Positions 1 to 9,863 of a stretch of 64,000 bases of DNA are shown here, piece after piece. Every line of letters begins with the position of its first letter. Within the stretch, counting starts at the first letter, position 1. Location: assembly GCA_038147085.1 (NCBI GenBank), contig JAYQSV010000001.1:711214-775213 (forward strand). The letters run 5' to 3'. Source of the DNA: Candidatus Actinomarina sp. (GTDB lineage: Bacteria; Actinomycetota; Acidimicrobiia; Actinomarinales; Actinomarinaceae). Both the position numbers and the translations under genes were made by a program. The notes beneath the pieces were generated by a model, which searched no databases, was not told the DNA's origin, and worked only from the letters and a program-made list of their open reading frames with translations.

Positions 1-163
1 AATCAATTCCATCTCTTACTTCTTTATTTGCAACAGCAGTAACTAAAACTGTAGTATTGCCACTCTTTACTACTACAGAACCTGGTGCTTGTAGAGCAAG
101 CTTTCCTGTTTCAAAAGTAATCTCTTTAGTGCCAACATTAACACTTACATTGTTTATAGACAT
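1..163 (-). CDS. pnp: polynucleotide phosphorylase, N-terminal 54 codons (gene runs off the window start)
   Basis: Reverse-strand ATG at 163-161 translates [54 protein letters not shown], the typical PNPase N-terminus. It lies directly downstream of rpsO. It is absent from the ORF track because it is truncated. Confidence 0.85.
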   Translation of the reverse strand, partial: MSINNVSVNVGTKEITFETGKLALQAPGSVVVKSGNTTVLVTAVANKEVRDGID

Positions 164-241
164 ATAACCTCTTTCTTGACCAAGGTTATTAATTGTCAAC
201 TTTCAATAAAAGTTCTCAATTAACAACCCGAGATCAAATAT

Positions 242-499
242 TTATCTTCTTAAACCAAGCTTTTCAATAATGTTACGATATCTTTGAACATCCTGATTTT
301 GTAAGTACTGAAGAAGTCTTCTTCTCTTACCAACAAGCATTAAAAGACCTCGTCTTGTATGGTGATCTTTTGTATGAGTTTTCAAATGTTCGGTTAAATG
401 ATCAATTCTGTTAGATAATAGAGCTACTTGAACTTCCGCAGAACCAGTATCGTTATCAGATTTACCGTACTCGTTTATTATTTCTTTCTTTGTTTTCAT
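242..499 (-). CDS. rpsO: 30S ribosomal protein S15
   Basis: [50 protein letters not shown]...LGLRR is canonical S15. The ORF is open to a TTG at 523, but the ATG at 499 (MKTKKEII) gives the normal length. Confidence 0.93.
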   Translation of the reverse strand: MKTKKEIINEYGKSDNDTGSAEVQVALLSNRIDHLTEHLKTHTKDHHTRRGLLMLVGKRRRLLQYLQNQDVQRYRNIIEKLGLRR

Positions 500-541
500 T
501 CGAAACAATAATAGTATCGACAATTTCTAATGTGAGAAAAT

Positions 542-1435
542 TTAATAATTCTTAATTTGTATAATATCAAGGTTTATTTGCTTGGTTAAATCATTAATAC
601 TATCAAATTTTTGTTCTTCCCTAAGATACTTTATGACTTCAACATTTAAATGTTGATTATAAATGTTTGAGTCGAAGTCTAAAATATGAACTTCAATTGT
701 TTTTCTTGAATTACTATCTATTGTTGGCTTAAATCCGATATTCATTGCACCTTTATATTGTTTATTATTGATAATTACATTTACGAAATAGACTCCGTTT
801 TTAAGAATGATTTCAGAAGGTTGAATGTTTAAATTTGCTGTTGGAAATCCTATTTTAGATCCAAGTTTTTGACCTTCTATAACATCTGCGTGAAAATTAT
901 ATCTATATCCTAATAGCTCATTAGCTTCATCAATTAAACCATCAGCAAGACTTTCTTTTATCTTAGTTGATGAAACTTTGATACCATTATGAAACACGTC
1001 ATCTAAAACAATTACATTCTCATTTCCAAATATATTTTCTAAATCTTTAATGCCTCCATCCCTGTTTTTACCAAAACGAAAGTCGTTACCTATAAATATT
1101 TTTCTTATTTTGCAATTTTTTTTCAAAAAATCACAAAATTCGTCTTTTTCCATATTCTTAAATTCTTCAAATTTTAGGTAAATTAAATTCTGCGGTTTAT
1201 ATTTACTTATCATTTTTGTCTTTGTTTTATTATCAATAATTAGTTGGTGTTGAGGATTGAAATATTTCTTAGGTACAATGTCAAAAGTAATTAATTGAAA
1301 GTTATTATCAATTTTTTTTGTTTCTTCAATTAATTTCTGATGTCCTAAATGAACACCATCAAAAGCACCTAAACATGTTATATCAGATTGTGTACTCACA
1401 ATATCTTTTAGAGAGAATGACTCATAAATATTCAT
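542..1435 (-). CDS. ribF: bifunctional riboflavin kinase / FMN adenylyltransferase
   Basis: LGAFDGVHLGHQKLI nucleotidyltransferase motif, a C-terminal riboflavin kinase region (GFPTANL, EVHILDF), and conserved position next to truB. Confidence 0.9.
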   Translation of the reverse strand: MNIYESFSLKDIVSTQSDITCLGAFDGVHLGHQKLIEETKKIDNNFQLITFDIVPKKYFNPQHQLIIDNKTKTKMISKYKPQNLIYLKFEEFKNMEKDEFCDFLKKNCKIRKIFIGNDFRFGKNRDGGIKDLENIFGNENVIVLDDVFHNGIKVSSTKIKESLADGLIDEANELLGYRYNFHADVIEGQKLGSKIGFPTANLNIQPSEIILKNGVYFVNVIINNKQYKGAMNIGFKPTIDSNSRKTIEVHILDFDSNIYNQHLNVEVIKYLREEQKFDSINDLTKQINLDIIQIKNY

Positions 1436-2313
1436 AGAATTACTTTTGTCGGTTTATATTTATTGTCTCTAAAAGGTTCATATATTGCAACAATGTCATT
1501 GTTTATAGTAACAACTGTTTCTTTACTTACAGGAAATAACTTATTCGATAGCAAATTACCATTTTTTATAGTTTCAAAATAAGACTCATCTAATGAAATA
1601 TTAGGTATTTCAATTACTTCAGACCAAGATAATGGTGTAATTTTGGAATCTGAATTTAACTTTTCCACATTAGATATAAGATTTTTATTGTTGAAGTCTA
1701 AAGTACCTATTTTTGTTCTTATAAGTCCTTCCAAGATTGCAGTTGTATTTAAATGTTTACCTAAATCTTCTACAAAGGTTCTTATATAAGTTCCTTTACT
1801 TACTGTTATATCAAAGATAATTTTATTTTCTTTGATTTCTAAAATTTTTGAATTATGTATTACAACTTTTCTGGTAGGTATGTCAACTGTTTGATTTTTT
1901 CTAGCGTAGTTATACAATCTTTTTCCATCAACTTTAATAGCTGAATATTTTGGCGGTGTTTGTTCAATTTCACCAAGGTTATTTTCAAAATAAAACTTTA
2001 TTTCGTTCACTTTATCAATAGCACGGATATCTTCAATCTTTTTAACGTCACCATCTATATCTAAAGTTGAAGAAGTGTAACCTAATAATGCTGAAGCTTT
2101 ATAAGTTTTGTTATTTTGATTTATATAATCAAATAATTTTGTATAACCATTTGTTGCTAAAAGCATTAAACCGGTTGCATTAGGATCTAAAGTGCCAGAA
2201 TGACCAACTTTTTTAAAATAAAAATTTTTTTTTAACTTGGTACATAAATCCTGAGAAGTCCAAGATCTTGGTTTATCTAGTAAATAGAAATCAGAGTTGT
2301 TGTTTGATTTCAT
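1432..2313 (-). CDS. truB: tRNA pseudouridine-55 synthase
   Basis: GHSGTLDPNATGLMLL catalytic Asp motif, PPKYSAIKVDGKRLY, 4-nt overlap with ribF. Confidence 0.92.
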   Translation of the reverse strand: MKSNNNSDFYLLDKPRSWTSQDLCTKLKKNFYFKKVGHSGTLDPNATGLMLLATNGYTKLFDYINQNNKTYKASALLGYTSSTLDIDGDVKKIEDIRAIDKVNEIKFYFENNLGEIEQTPPKYSAIKVDGKRLYNYARKNQTVDIPTRKVVIHNSKILEIKENKIIFDITVSKGTYIRTFVEDLGKHLNTTAILEGLIRTKIGTLDFNNKNLISNVEKLNSDSKITPLSWSEVIEIPNISLDESYFETIKNGNLLSNKLFPVSKETVVTINNDIVAIYEPFRDNKYKPTKVIL

Positions 2314-3232
2314 TACGTATTTCTTTAGTACAACTTTCTATATCTAAATTTGTTGAAAAACCAGAAGCTGCTTTATGACCACCACCACCAAACGTAGATG
2401 CAATTTTTTGAACATCAATTTGTTTTCTTGAACGTAAACTACCTTTAAATGACTTATCTTCTTGTTCCTTTAAAAGTAACGCTACTTCAGAATTTTTAAC
2501 TAATCTAATTGTATCGATAAGAAAATCAGTTTCTTCTGCAGATATATCAAATCTTTCGTAATCACTTTGAAGTACAAAAGAAACAACTAAATTTTCTGAT
2601 TCAAAAACATTAATTCTATTAACAACTTCACTCTGAAGCTTCATTGCATTTAACTCTAAAGTTCCGTAAATATTTTCACTAATTAGTGTTAGATTTGCTC
2701 CATGATTCATTAATTCAGAAGCCATTTGAAAAACTTCAGAGTCAGTATTTGAATATTGAAATCTACCTGTGTCCGTAATTAAGCCAGTCATTAAACAAGT
2801 AGCTATTGTTGAGTCAATATCAAGATTCAATTTTTTAAATTCTCTAAACAATACTTGAGTTGTGCTTGCAGCTTTAGAATCAATAATTTGTAAATTACCA
2901 AAAGTTGGGTTTATATGGTGATCAACTACAGTTATATGATTAGAATTCAAAACAATATTCTCTAAGTCACCTAGCCTGTTTGAATTTCCACAATCAAAAA
3001 CATAAACCTTATCATATTTTTCTCTAGTATTCTCTGAAATAAGTTCAAATGGTAAATGATTTAAGTTTGTTGGTAATGCATTTTTTATGTCAAATGAAAC
3101 ATCAGAAGAGATTCCATGTTTTTTGAGAAGTAAGGCAAACGCTAATGCTGATCCAAGAGCATCTCCATCTGGGTTAATATGTCCAGTTATTAGAACTGAC
3201 TTATCTTTAATGTCTGATAATAAATTATTCAT
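2291..3232 (-). CDS. nrnA: DHH/DHHA1 phosphoesterase (NrnA-like oligoribonuclease / pAp phosphatase)
   Basis: GHINPDGDALGS, VVDHH and GGGGHKAASGF motifs. It sits between rbfA and truB as in actinobacteria. Confidence 0.85.
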   Translation of the reverse strand: MNNLLSDIKDKSVLITGHINPDGDALGSALAFALLLKKHGISSDVSFDIKNALPTNLNHLPFELISENTREKYDKVYVFDCGNSNRLGDLENIVLNSNHITVVDHHINPTFGNLQIIDSKAASTTQVLFREFKKLNLDIDSTIATCLMTGLITDTGRFQYSNTDSEVFQMASELMNHGANLTLISENIYGTLELNAMKLQSEVVNRINVFESENLVVSFVLQSDYERFDISAEETDFLIDTIRLVKNSEVALLLKEQEDKSFKGSLRSRKQIDVQKIASTFGGGGHKAASGFSTNLDIESCTKEIRNEIKQQL

Positions 3233-3575
3233 CTAAAGTAACTTTGTCTATAAGTGCATTTATTCGACTTACATTATCTAATGTACTATCAATTTCAAAA
3301 ATAATTTTCGGAACATTTCTTGTTGTCATTTCATTTGCAAGAAGCTTTTGAATCTTATTTCTATTTTTTTCTAATGAGTTTTTTAGACTTCCTTCATTTT
3401 TGTCTAAAGTTGAAACAAATATTATTGTTTTTTTTAAATCTGGTGTGGTTGAAACATTGGTTATAGTAGCTTTATTTAACACTGGATCTGAAACTCTGAG
3501 TAGTGCTGATGAAACAATTTGCTGAATTAAAGGATTGATTCTGTTAATCCTTCCACCTCGAGTTTGATTACTCAT
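3225..3575 (-). CDS. rbfA: ribosome-binding factor A
   Basis: 116 aa, R..RINPLIQQIVS N-terminus, directly downstream of infB. Confidence 0.88.
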   Translation of the reverse strand: MSNQTRGGRINRINPLIQQIVSSALLRVSDPVLNKATITNVSTTPDLKKTIIFVSTLDKNEGSLKNSLEKNRNKIQKLLANEMTTRNVPKIIFEIDSTLDNVSRINALIDKVTLDE

Positions 3576-3581
3576 GTTAAA

Positions 3582-5579
3582 CTAGACTTCTACTTCTCCA
3601 AGAATTTCTATAGTGTCCCCTTCTTTTATATCTTTGTAATCAGAGAGGCCAATTCCACATTCCAAACCTTCATTAACTACATTGACATTATCTTTAAATC
3701 TTCTTAGGGAAACAATTGTTCCTTCGTATATCACTACACCAGCACGGAGTAACCTAGCTTTTGCTTCTAACTCAACTTTACCTTCAGTAACTACAGATCC
3801 AGCAACTACACCTACTTTAGGAGCTCTAAATGTTGTTTTTACTTCAACCATTCCAATTACTGCTTCCTCTGTTTTAATTGTCATCTGACCTAGAACAGCT
3901 TCAGCAATATCATCAAGTAATTCATAAATAATGTTGTATGTTCTAATATCAATACCTTTACTCTGAGCCATATTTCTGGCCTGACTATCTGGTCTTACAT
4001 TAAAACCAATAATTAATGAATTAGTAGCACTTGCCAAATCAACATCTGATAAAACTACACCACCAACAGCAGCATGAACTACCTGAATTTTTACATCATC
4101 ATTTGCTAATTTTGTAATACCGTCTTTAATAGCTTCTACAGTTCCATTTGTATCAGCTTTTAGAATTACGTTAACAGTTGTTAGTTCTCCTTCTTGTAGC
4201 AATTTCATCATATCTGACATTCTGGATTCAACAGAAAAGGAAGAATTATCAAAATCTTTGAGCTTTGTTTTATTTTCTTCTGCTTTTGCCTTAGCTTCTT
4301 TCTGATTTTTAACAACTACAAATTGATCACCTGCGATTGGAGACTCATCCCACCCAATCAAATCTATCGGTGAACCAGGTTCAACAGTCTTCTTTTGGGA
4401 GTTTGTGTGATCAAACATTGATTTAACCCTACAAAAAGCTTGTCCAGCATATAAGAAATCGCCTTGTTTTAAAGTTCCTCTTTTAACGATAACTGTTGCA
4501 ACGTTTCCTCTACCAACTTCCATTCTGGACTCAACAATGTATCCAGAGGCTTCTGTTTTATAATTAGCTTTTAATTCTTCAATCTCTGCAACGAGTGCCA
4601 AAGTTTCGAGTAATTCATCAACGCCTGTACCTTTTATTGCAGAAACTTCAACAGCTTGTACGTCACCACCTAAATCTTCGGTTACTATTCCGTACTTTGT
4701 TAAATCTGCTTTGATTTTAGTTGGATTTGCGTCAGGTAAGTCACACTTATTGATTGCAACAACAATTGGAACATTCGCAGCTTTCGAATGGTTAATAGCT
4801 TCTATAGTTTGTGGCATAACACCATCGTCTGCAGCTACAACAAGAACAACAATGTCAGTGACATTAGCTCCTCTTGCTCGCATTTGTGTAAAAGCTTCGT
4901 GACCAGGAGTATCAATAAATGTTATACCTGTTTCACCTATGTCAACTTTATAAGCACCTACATGTTGAGTAATACCACCAGCCTCACCAGCTGCAACTTT
5001 TTCATTACGAATATAATCAAGTAAGCTAGTTTTTCCATGATCCACATGACCCATAACAGTTATTATTGGGGCTCTCAATTGTAAGTCTGCAGAATTGTCT
5101 TCAAAATCTTTAACTTCAATAATGTTTTCCCTTTGAACAACAACTGCATCAATTAGTTCAGGTATTAAATTATATTTTTCAAGAATTTTTTCGATCTCAC
5201 TATCTTCTAATGGACTATCAATACCTTTCATAATCCCAATACCCATTAAATCAGCAACAACTTGAGTTGAATCCATATTCAAGATAGATGCAATTTTGGA
5301 AGGAGAAGAATTTCTGACGACTTCTACAATTTCAATGTTAGATTCTTGTACTTCAACATTTTCATTTTCTAATGTTTCAACTTCAGTTACTGTTTCTACA
5401 ACAGATTCTTCAACTTCTTCTTCTGGAAATATTGCTAGTTTAACTAATTCTTCCTCTTCTTCAGTTAAACCTGAAGAAGCAGTCTTAACTTCTATACCTA
5501 ATTCTTGTGCATGAAATAAAACATCAGCAGAAGCTACATCAAGCTCCTTTGCAATCTGATGAATTCTTTTTTTTGACAT
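3582..5579 (-). CDS. infB: translation initiation factor IF-2 (short, 665 aa)
   Basis: GTPase motifs GHVDHGKTSLLD, DTPGHEAF and NKCD, plus nusA-infB-rbfA synteny. Confidence 0.96.
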   Translation of the reverse strand: MSKKRIHQIAKELDVASADVLFHAQELGIEVKTASSGLTEEEEELVKLAIFPEEEVEESVVETVTEVETLENENVEVQESNIEIVEVVRNSSPSKIASILNMDSTQVVADLMGIGIMKGIDSPLEDSEIEKILEKYNLIPELIDAVVVQRENIIEVKDFEDNSADLQLRAPIITVMGHVDHGKTSLLDYIRNEKVAAGEAGGITQHVGAYKVDIGETGITFIDTPGHEAFTQMRARGANVTDIVVLVVAADDGVMPQTIEAINHSKAANVPIVVAINKCDLPDANPTKIKADLTKYGIVTEDLGGDVQAVEVSAIKGTGVDELLETLALVAEIEELKANYKTEASGYIVESRMEVGRGNVATVIVKRGTLKQGDFLYAGQAFCRVKSMFDHTNSQKKTVEPGSPIDLIGWDESPIAGDQFVVVKNQKEAKAKAEENKTKLKDFDNSSFSVESRMSDMMKLLQEGELTTVNVILKADTNGTVEAIKDGITKLANDDVKIQVVHAAVGGVVLSDVDLASATNSLIIGFNVRPDSQARNMAQSKGIDIRTYNIIYELLDDIAEAVLGQMTIKTEEAVIGMVEVKTTFRAPKVGVVAGSVVTEGKVELEAKARLLRAGVVIYEGTIVSLRRFKDNVNVVNEGLECGIGLSDYKDIKEGDTIEILGEVEV

Positions 5580-6617
5580 TTATTCTTCCTCTTTAGAAGT
5601 GTCCTCTTCAATATCAGCTACGATTTCTTCTTTAGGTGAGTCACCTAATCCTTGTATATCAATTTTATATCCTGTTAGTTTTGCAGCCAATCTAGCATTT
5701 TGTCCTTCTTTACCGATAGCAAGCGATAATTGACTATCTTTAACAACCACTTTTGCGGTTTTTAAATATTCATCAATCTCAACTTCATCTATGTCAGCTG
5801 GGCCAAGTGCTTCTTTTATAAATCTAACTTTATCTTCTCTCCATTCAACGACGTCAAGTTTTTCACCTCTTAACTCATTTACAATTTGTCTAACTCTACT
5901 TCCTCTGGATCCTACACAAGCACCTTTAGGATCAACGTTTGGATCATTTGAAAATACTGCAATCTTGGTTCTGCTACCTGCTTCACGTGCAATTGCTCTA
6001 AGCTCAACAGTACCGTCAGTAAGTTCAGGAACTTCGAGTTCTAGCATTCTTTGTACAAACTCGGCCCTACTTCTACTTACAACTATTGGAATTCCTTTTG
6101 CGTCTTCTCTAATTTCTGTGATAACAGCTTTAACACGATTACCACGCTCTAGTCTTTCAAAAGGAACTCGCTCTCCTGCTGGAATAACAGCTTCAGCATC
6201 TTGAAGATCTAAAATGGTTTGGTTAAATCTAGCATCAAATTGAGTGACTATTCCTGTTACTAATTCTCCTTCACGTCCTATATACGCATCTAAAACTGTA
6301 GCTCTTTTAGCATCTCTAATTTTTGTAGTCATCATTTGCTTAAAAGACTGAGCTGCAATTCTACCAAACTCATCATCATCTAATTCAACTTTCCACTCTT
6401 CAATTACATTTTCATCTGCATCTAAATGCTGAGCATATATCAACACTTCCCCTGTATCTGGATTAAGTGTTACTCTGGCTTCTTCTGCAGCACCAGGAAT
6501 TCTCATATATGCTGATCGAAATGCCGAAACAAGTGCTTCATACATACTATCAACTGTTACTCCTTTATCTAGTGCTAAAGATTCAATAGCTTGTTTACTT
6601 TCACTTCCTAATTTCAT
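5580..6617 (-). CDS. nusA: transcription termination/antitermination factor NusA
   Basis: S1 and KH domains (GACVGSRGSRVRQIV, AIGKEGQNARLAAKLTGYKIDI); abuts infB with no gap. Confidence 0.95.
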   Translation of the reverse strand: MKLGSESKQAIESLALDKGVTVDSMYEALVSAFRSAYMRIPGAAEEARVTLNPDTGEVLIYAQHLDADENVIEEWKVELDDDEFGRIAAQSFKQMMTTKIRDAKRATVLDAYIGREGELVTGIVTQFDARFNQTILDLQDAEAVIPAGERVPFERLERGNRVKAVITEIREDAKGIPIVVSRSRAEFVQRMLELEVPELTDGTVELRAIAREAGSRTKIAVFSNDPNVDPKGACVGSRGSRVRQIVNELRGEKLDVVEWREDKVRFIKEALGPADIDEVEIDEYLKTAKVVVKDSQLSLAIGKEGQNARLAAKLTGYKIDIQGLGDSPKEEIVADIEEDTSKEEE

Positions 6618-6619
6618 TT

Positions 6620-7093
6620 TTATCCTTTAACCTTCTCCTTGAATTGTTTGAATTCAATTTTTGCATTTTTTATATTTTCAATATCTACTGTTAAATCTTC
6701 ATTATCAATGCTTAGAACTATTGTGTTTGCATTTACCTTTGAAATGACTCCTTCCAACAAGTATTCATTATTTAAAGGTTTGAAAAGTTTAATTTTTACT
6801 AACTCCTCTAATGCCATTTCGAAATGCCTAAGTGATTTTAACTTTCTTTCTATACCAGGGCTTGAAACAATCATTTCGTAACTTCCTTTTTCAATATCAA
6901 AATCTGAAAGTATTCTTTGTAGTTGAGTGTTAAGTCTTGAAGTTAAAGAAACATCTACTTCGTCATTGGAATAAACGTAAACTTCAATTTTTTGTAAATT
7001 AGGATTAAAAACTAGATTTAAATCATATAATTCTAAGTTTTCTTGATTTAAATATGAATTGAAAGCTTGATAGATTTCATTTTCAGAAATCAT
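6620..7093 (-). CDS. rimP: ribosome maturation factor RimP
   Basis: SSPGIERKLK motif, upstream of nusA. I chose the ATG at 7093 because GGAGG lies 4 nt upstream; the ORF is open to 7132. Confidence 0.85.
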   Translation of the reverse strand: MISENEIYQAFNSYLNQENLELYDLNLVFNPNLQKIEVYVYSNDEVDVSLTSRLNTQLQRILSDFDIEKGSYEMIVSSPGIERKLKSLRHFEMALEELVKIKLFKPLNNEYLLEGVISKVNANTIVLSIDNEDLTVDIENIKNAKIEFKQFKEKVKG

Positions 7094-7193
7094 AAAACCT
7101 CCATTCATAAAAAAAGTGGGTTTGACACCCACTTCATGTAGCTAAATTGTCTATTTTATTCTAATCAATTAAGTTTTTTAGTAAAAGTAATTT

Positions 7194-8624
7194 TTAATAA
7201 GCTTTTGAAAATATGGCTAATTTTCCTAGAGTTCCAGGATTATTTACTGAATCTTTTAATTCCTCATGATCCAACACATAACACCTTAGGGTAGCTTTAG
7301 TTTGGACTTTGATATCCTCTTCATCTTTACTATTTTCATCCCAATAAACTGTAACAAATCCAGATTGAGAATTTAATTTATCAATCAATTCTGATTTTGA
7401 TTCAGCATGTACTGTATTTTCTTCTCTAAATTTTTTTGAATTCTCGAACATAACTTCATGAATATTTTCTAAATTATTTTTAACTTCTTCATATACATTT
7501 GAAAAGTCAATATTCATTTTTCCCCCAATACCATCACGTCTAGAAAAAACTACTGAAGAATTTTCAATATCCTTAGGACCTATTTCAATTCTTAAAGGAA
7601 CACCTTTCATTTCCCATTCATTAAATTTAAAACCTGGGGATAAATTTTCCCTCGCATCTATCTTTACTCTAAATTTTTCAATTAAATCGTTTGAAATTTT
7701 TTCTACTGTTTCCATAACAATTGATTTTTGATCTTCTTTAGGAATAATTGGAATAATAACTACCTGTATAGGTGCTAACTTAGGGGGAAGGTTTAATCCT
7801 TTGTCGTCTCCATGAGCCATAATTATCATACCGATCAAACGTGTACTAACTCCCCAACTTGTTTGGTATGGAAACTGTAGCTCATTATTTTCATCTGAAA
7901 ATTGAATTTCAAAAGCTTTTGAAAAATTTTGTCCTAGTTCATGTGATGTACCTGCTTGAAGAGCTTTCATGTCTTTCATCATTGCTTCTATTGAGTATGT
8001 ACAAATAGCTCCAGCAAATCTTTCATTAGCTGATTTAGTGCCTTTAACAACAGAAACTGCAGCAGCATTTTCTGCAAACTCTGAATAAACATCTAACATT
8101 TGTAATGCTTCTGCTGTAGCTTCTTCTTTTGTTTTATGAGCAGTATGTCCCTCTTGCCACAAAAATTCAGAGGTTCTTAAAAACAATCTAGTTCTCATTT
8201 CCCAACGTACAACATTAGCCCATTGATTAATAAGCATTGGAAGGTCACGATGGCTTTTAATCCATTTAGCGAACATGTGATTAATTATTGTTTCAGAAGT
8301 TGGTCTAACGATTAATGGTTCTTCTAACTCTTTACCTCCAGCATGAGTTACTGTTGCTAATTCTGGTGAAAATCCTTCGACATGTTCGGCCTCTTTTTGA
8401 ATGAATGATTGTGGAATAAAAAGTGGAAAATACGCATTTTCGTGACCTGTATCTTTAAACTTTTTATCTAGATACTTCTGAATTCCTTCCCAAAGACTAT
8501 ATCCATAAGGTCTAATAACCATAGTCCCTTTAACAGGTGAATAATCTGCTAGTTCAGCAAGCTGTATTATATCTGTATACCATTCGTTAAAATCTTCAGT
8601 TAATGGGGTTAGCTTTTCAACCAT
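7194..8624 (-). CDS. proS: proline--tRNA ligase, archaeal/eukaryote-like short form (476 aa, no INS editing domain)
   Basis: N-terminus ...FNEWYTDIIQLAELADYSPVKGTMVIRPYGYSLWE..., class II motifs, and a terminal ...FSKAY ending in Tyr, as in the archaeal-type enzymes. Confidence 0.9.
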   Translation of the reverse strand: MVEKLTPLTEDFNEWYTDIIQLAELADYSPVKGTMVIRPYGYSLWEGIQKYLDKKFKDTGHENAYFPLFIPQSFIQKEAEHVEGFSPELATVTHAGGKELEEPLIVRPTSETIINHMFAKWIKSHRDLPMLINQWANVVRWEMRTRLFLRTSEFLWQEGHTAHKTKEEATAEALQMLDVYSEFAENAAAVSVVKGTKSANERFAGAICTYSIEAMMKDMKALQAGTSHELGQNFSKAFEIQFSDENNELQFPYQTSWGVSTRLIGMIIMAHGDDKGLNLPPKLAPIQVVIIPIIPKEDQKSIVMETVEKISNDLIEKFRVKIDARENLSPGFKFNEWEMKGVPLRIEIGPKDIENSSVVFSRRDGIGGKMNIDFSNVYEEVKNNLENIHEVMFENSKKFREENTVHAESKSELIDKLNSQSGFVTVYWDENSKDEEDIKVQTKATLRCYVLDHEELKDSVNNPGTLGKLAIFSKAY

Positions 8625-8642
8625 GTTTATATAATAAAGGTT

Positions 8643-9863
8643 TTAATTTTCAATATCTTGTTTAGAAGTAATCTCTACAACTGATTTAGTTCTTTCCTCA
8701 AAATTATTAATATCTCCTTGAATATTTAATAATTCATTTACATCTTCTTGAGCTAATCGCGCTGCGTCTTTATCTGCAGCAGCTAAACGGGCCTCAACAC
8801 CTTCTTTCGCTAAGAGTCTACTTTCTGTCAATAAAGCATCTACCATTTCATTTTCTTTAACGACCCTTACAACCTGACCTTTAATAAATAGATGTCCTCT
8901 TTTTTTACCAGCAGCTATACCAATATCTGCAGAGCGAGCTTCTCCAGGTCCATTTACAACACATCCCATTACAGCTACCTGTATTGGTAAACCTTCTTTC
9001 TCCAAAACATTTTGTGCTTCACTAGCAACTTTAATAACATCAACTTCTGCTCTACCACAACTTGGACAAGCAATTAGATCTAATGACTTTCTCTCTCTCA
9101 AATTTAAATATTCTAGAAGCTGTCGTCCAAATTTTGCTTCTTCAACAGGATCTGTTGTTAAAGATAACCTAATTGTATCTCCTATACCTTCAGATAATAA
9201 TGTTGCAATACCAGCAATAGATTTTATTAATCCACCTGGAAGGGGTCCTGCTTCAGTTACACCAAGGTGAAGTGGGAAATCTGTTTTCTCAGCTAGAAGT
9301 CTGTAGGATTCAATCATTAAAGGAACATTCGAATGCTTAACTGAAATTTTGAATTGTTCAAAACCAACGTCTTGCAAATATTTAGCTTCAATTAATGCTG
9401 ATTCAACCAATGCTTCAGGTGTTGCATCTCCATATTTTGTTAATAAATCTTTATCAAGAGAACCGGCATTGACTCCAATTCTTATAGGGATACCAGCATC
9501 CAAGCAAGCTACAGCAACTTCCTTAATGTGTGTTTCATTTCGAATATTTCCCGGGTTTAGTCTTAGACCTTGAACCCCTGCTTTTACAGCTGCTAATGCT
9601 AATTTGTATTGAAAATGTATGTCAGCAACAATAGGAACTGGACTCCTAGCACAAATTTTTACAAGAGATTCTGCAGCTTCAACTTCATTGCAAGTCACCC
9701 TTACGATATCAGCACCATTATTAGCTAACTCATAGACTTGCTCTAATGTTTTATCGGTATCACGAGTTTTAGTAGTCGTCATTGATTGAACAGTTACAGG
9801 AAAATCTGAACCAATACCTACTTTTCCAAGTTGAATTTGTCTAGTTTTTCTTCTAACTGTCAT
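8643..9863 (-). CDS. ispG: 4-hydroxy-3-methylbut-2-enyl diphosphate synthase
   Basis: TVQSMTTTKTRD, LRLNPGNI and CPSCGR...GCVVNGPGE motifs. Confidence 0.95.
   Translation of the reverse strand: MTVRRKTRQIQLGKVGIGSDFPVTVQSMTTTKTRDTDKTLEQVYELANNGADIVRVTCNEVEAAESLVKICARSPVPIVADIHFQYKLALAAVKAGVQGLRLNPGNIRNETHIKEVAVACLDAGIPIRIGVNAGSLDKDLLTKYGDATPEALVESALIEAKYLQDVGFEQFKISVKHSNVPLMIESYRLLAEKTDFPLHLGVTEAGPLPGGLIKSIAGIATLLSEGIGDTIRLSLTTDPVEEAKFGRQLLEYLNLRERKSLDLIACPSCGRAEVDVIKVASEAQNVLEKEGLPIQVAVMGCVVNGPGEARSADIGIAAGKKRGHLFIKGQVVRVVKENEMVDALLTESRLLAKEGVEARLAAADKDAARLAQEDVNELLNIQGDINNFEERTKSVVEITSKQDIEN

Noticed and set aside
5791-6204. 137-aa plus-strand ORF antisense to nusA. There are many similar antisense ORFs in the track (3682-3888, 4711-5024, 5296-5514, 9349-9573, 11930-12301, 13587-13933, 17539-17931, 26970-27263, 42355-42663, 57324-57659 and others).
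   Set aside because: All lie entirely inside strongly supported genes on the other strand. They have Ser/Thr/Leu-rich low-complexity translations typical of shadow frames and no start context. They are treated as non-coding.
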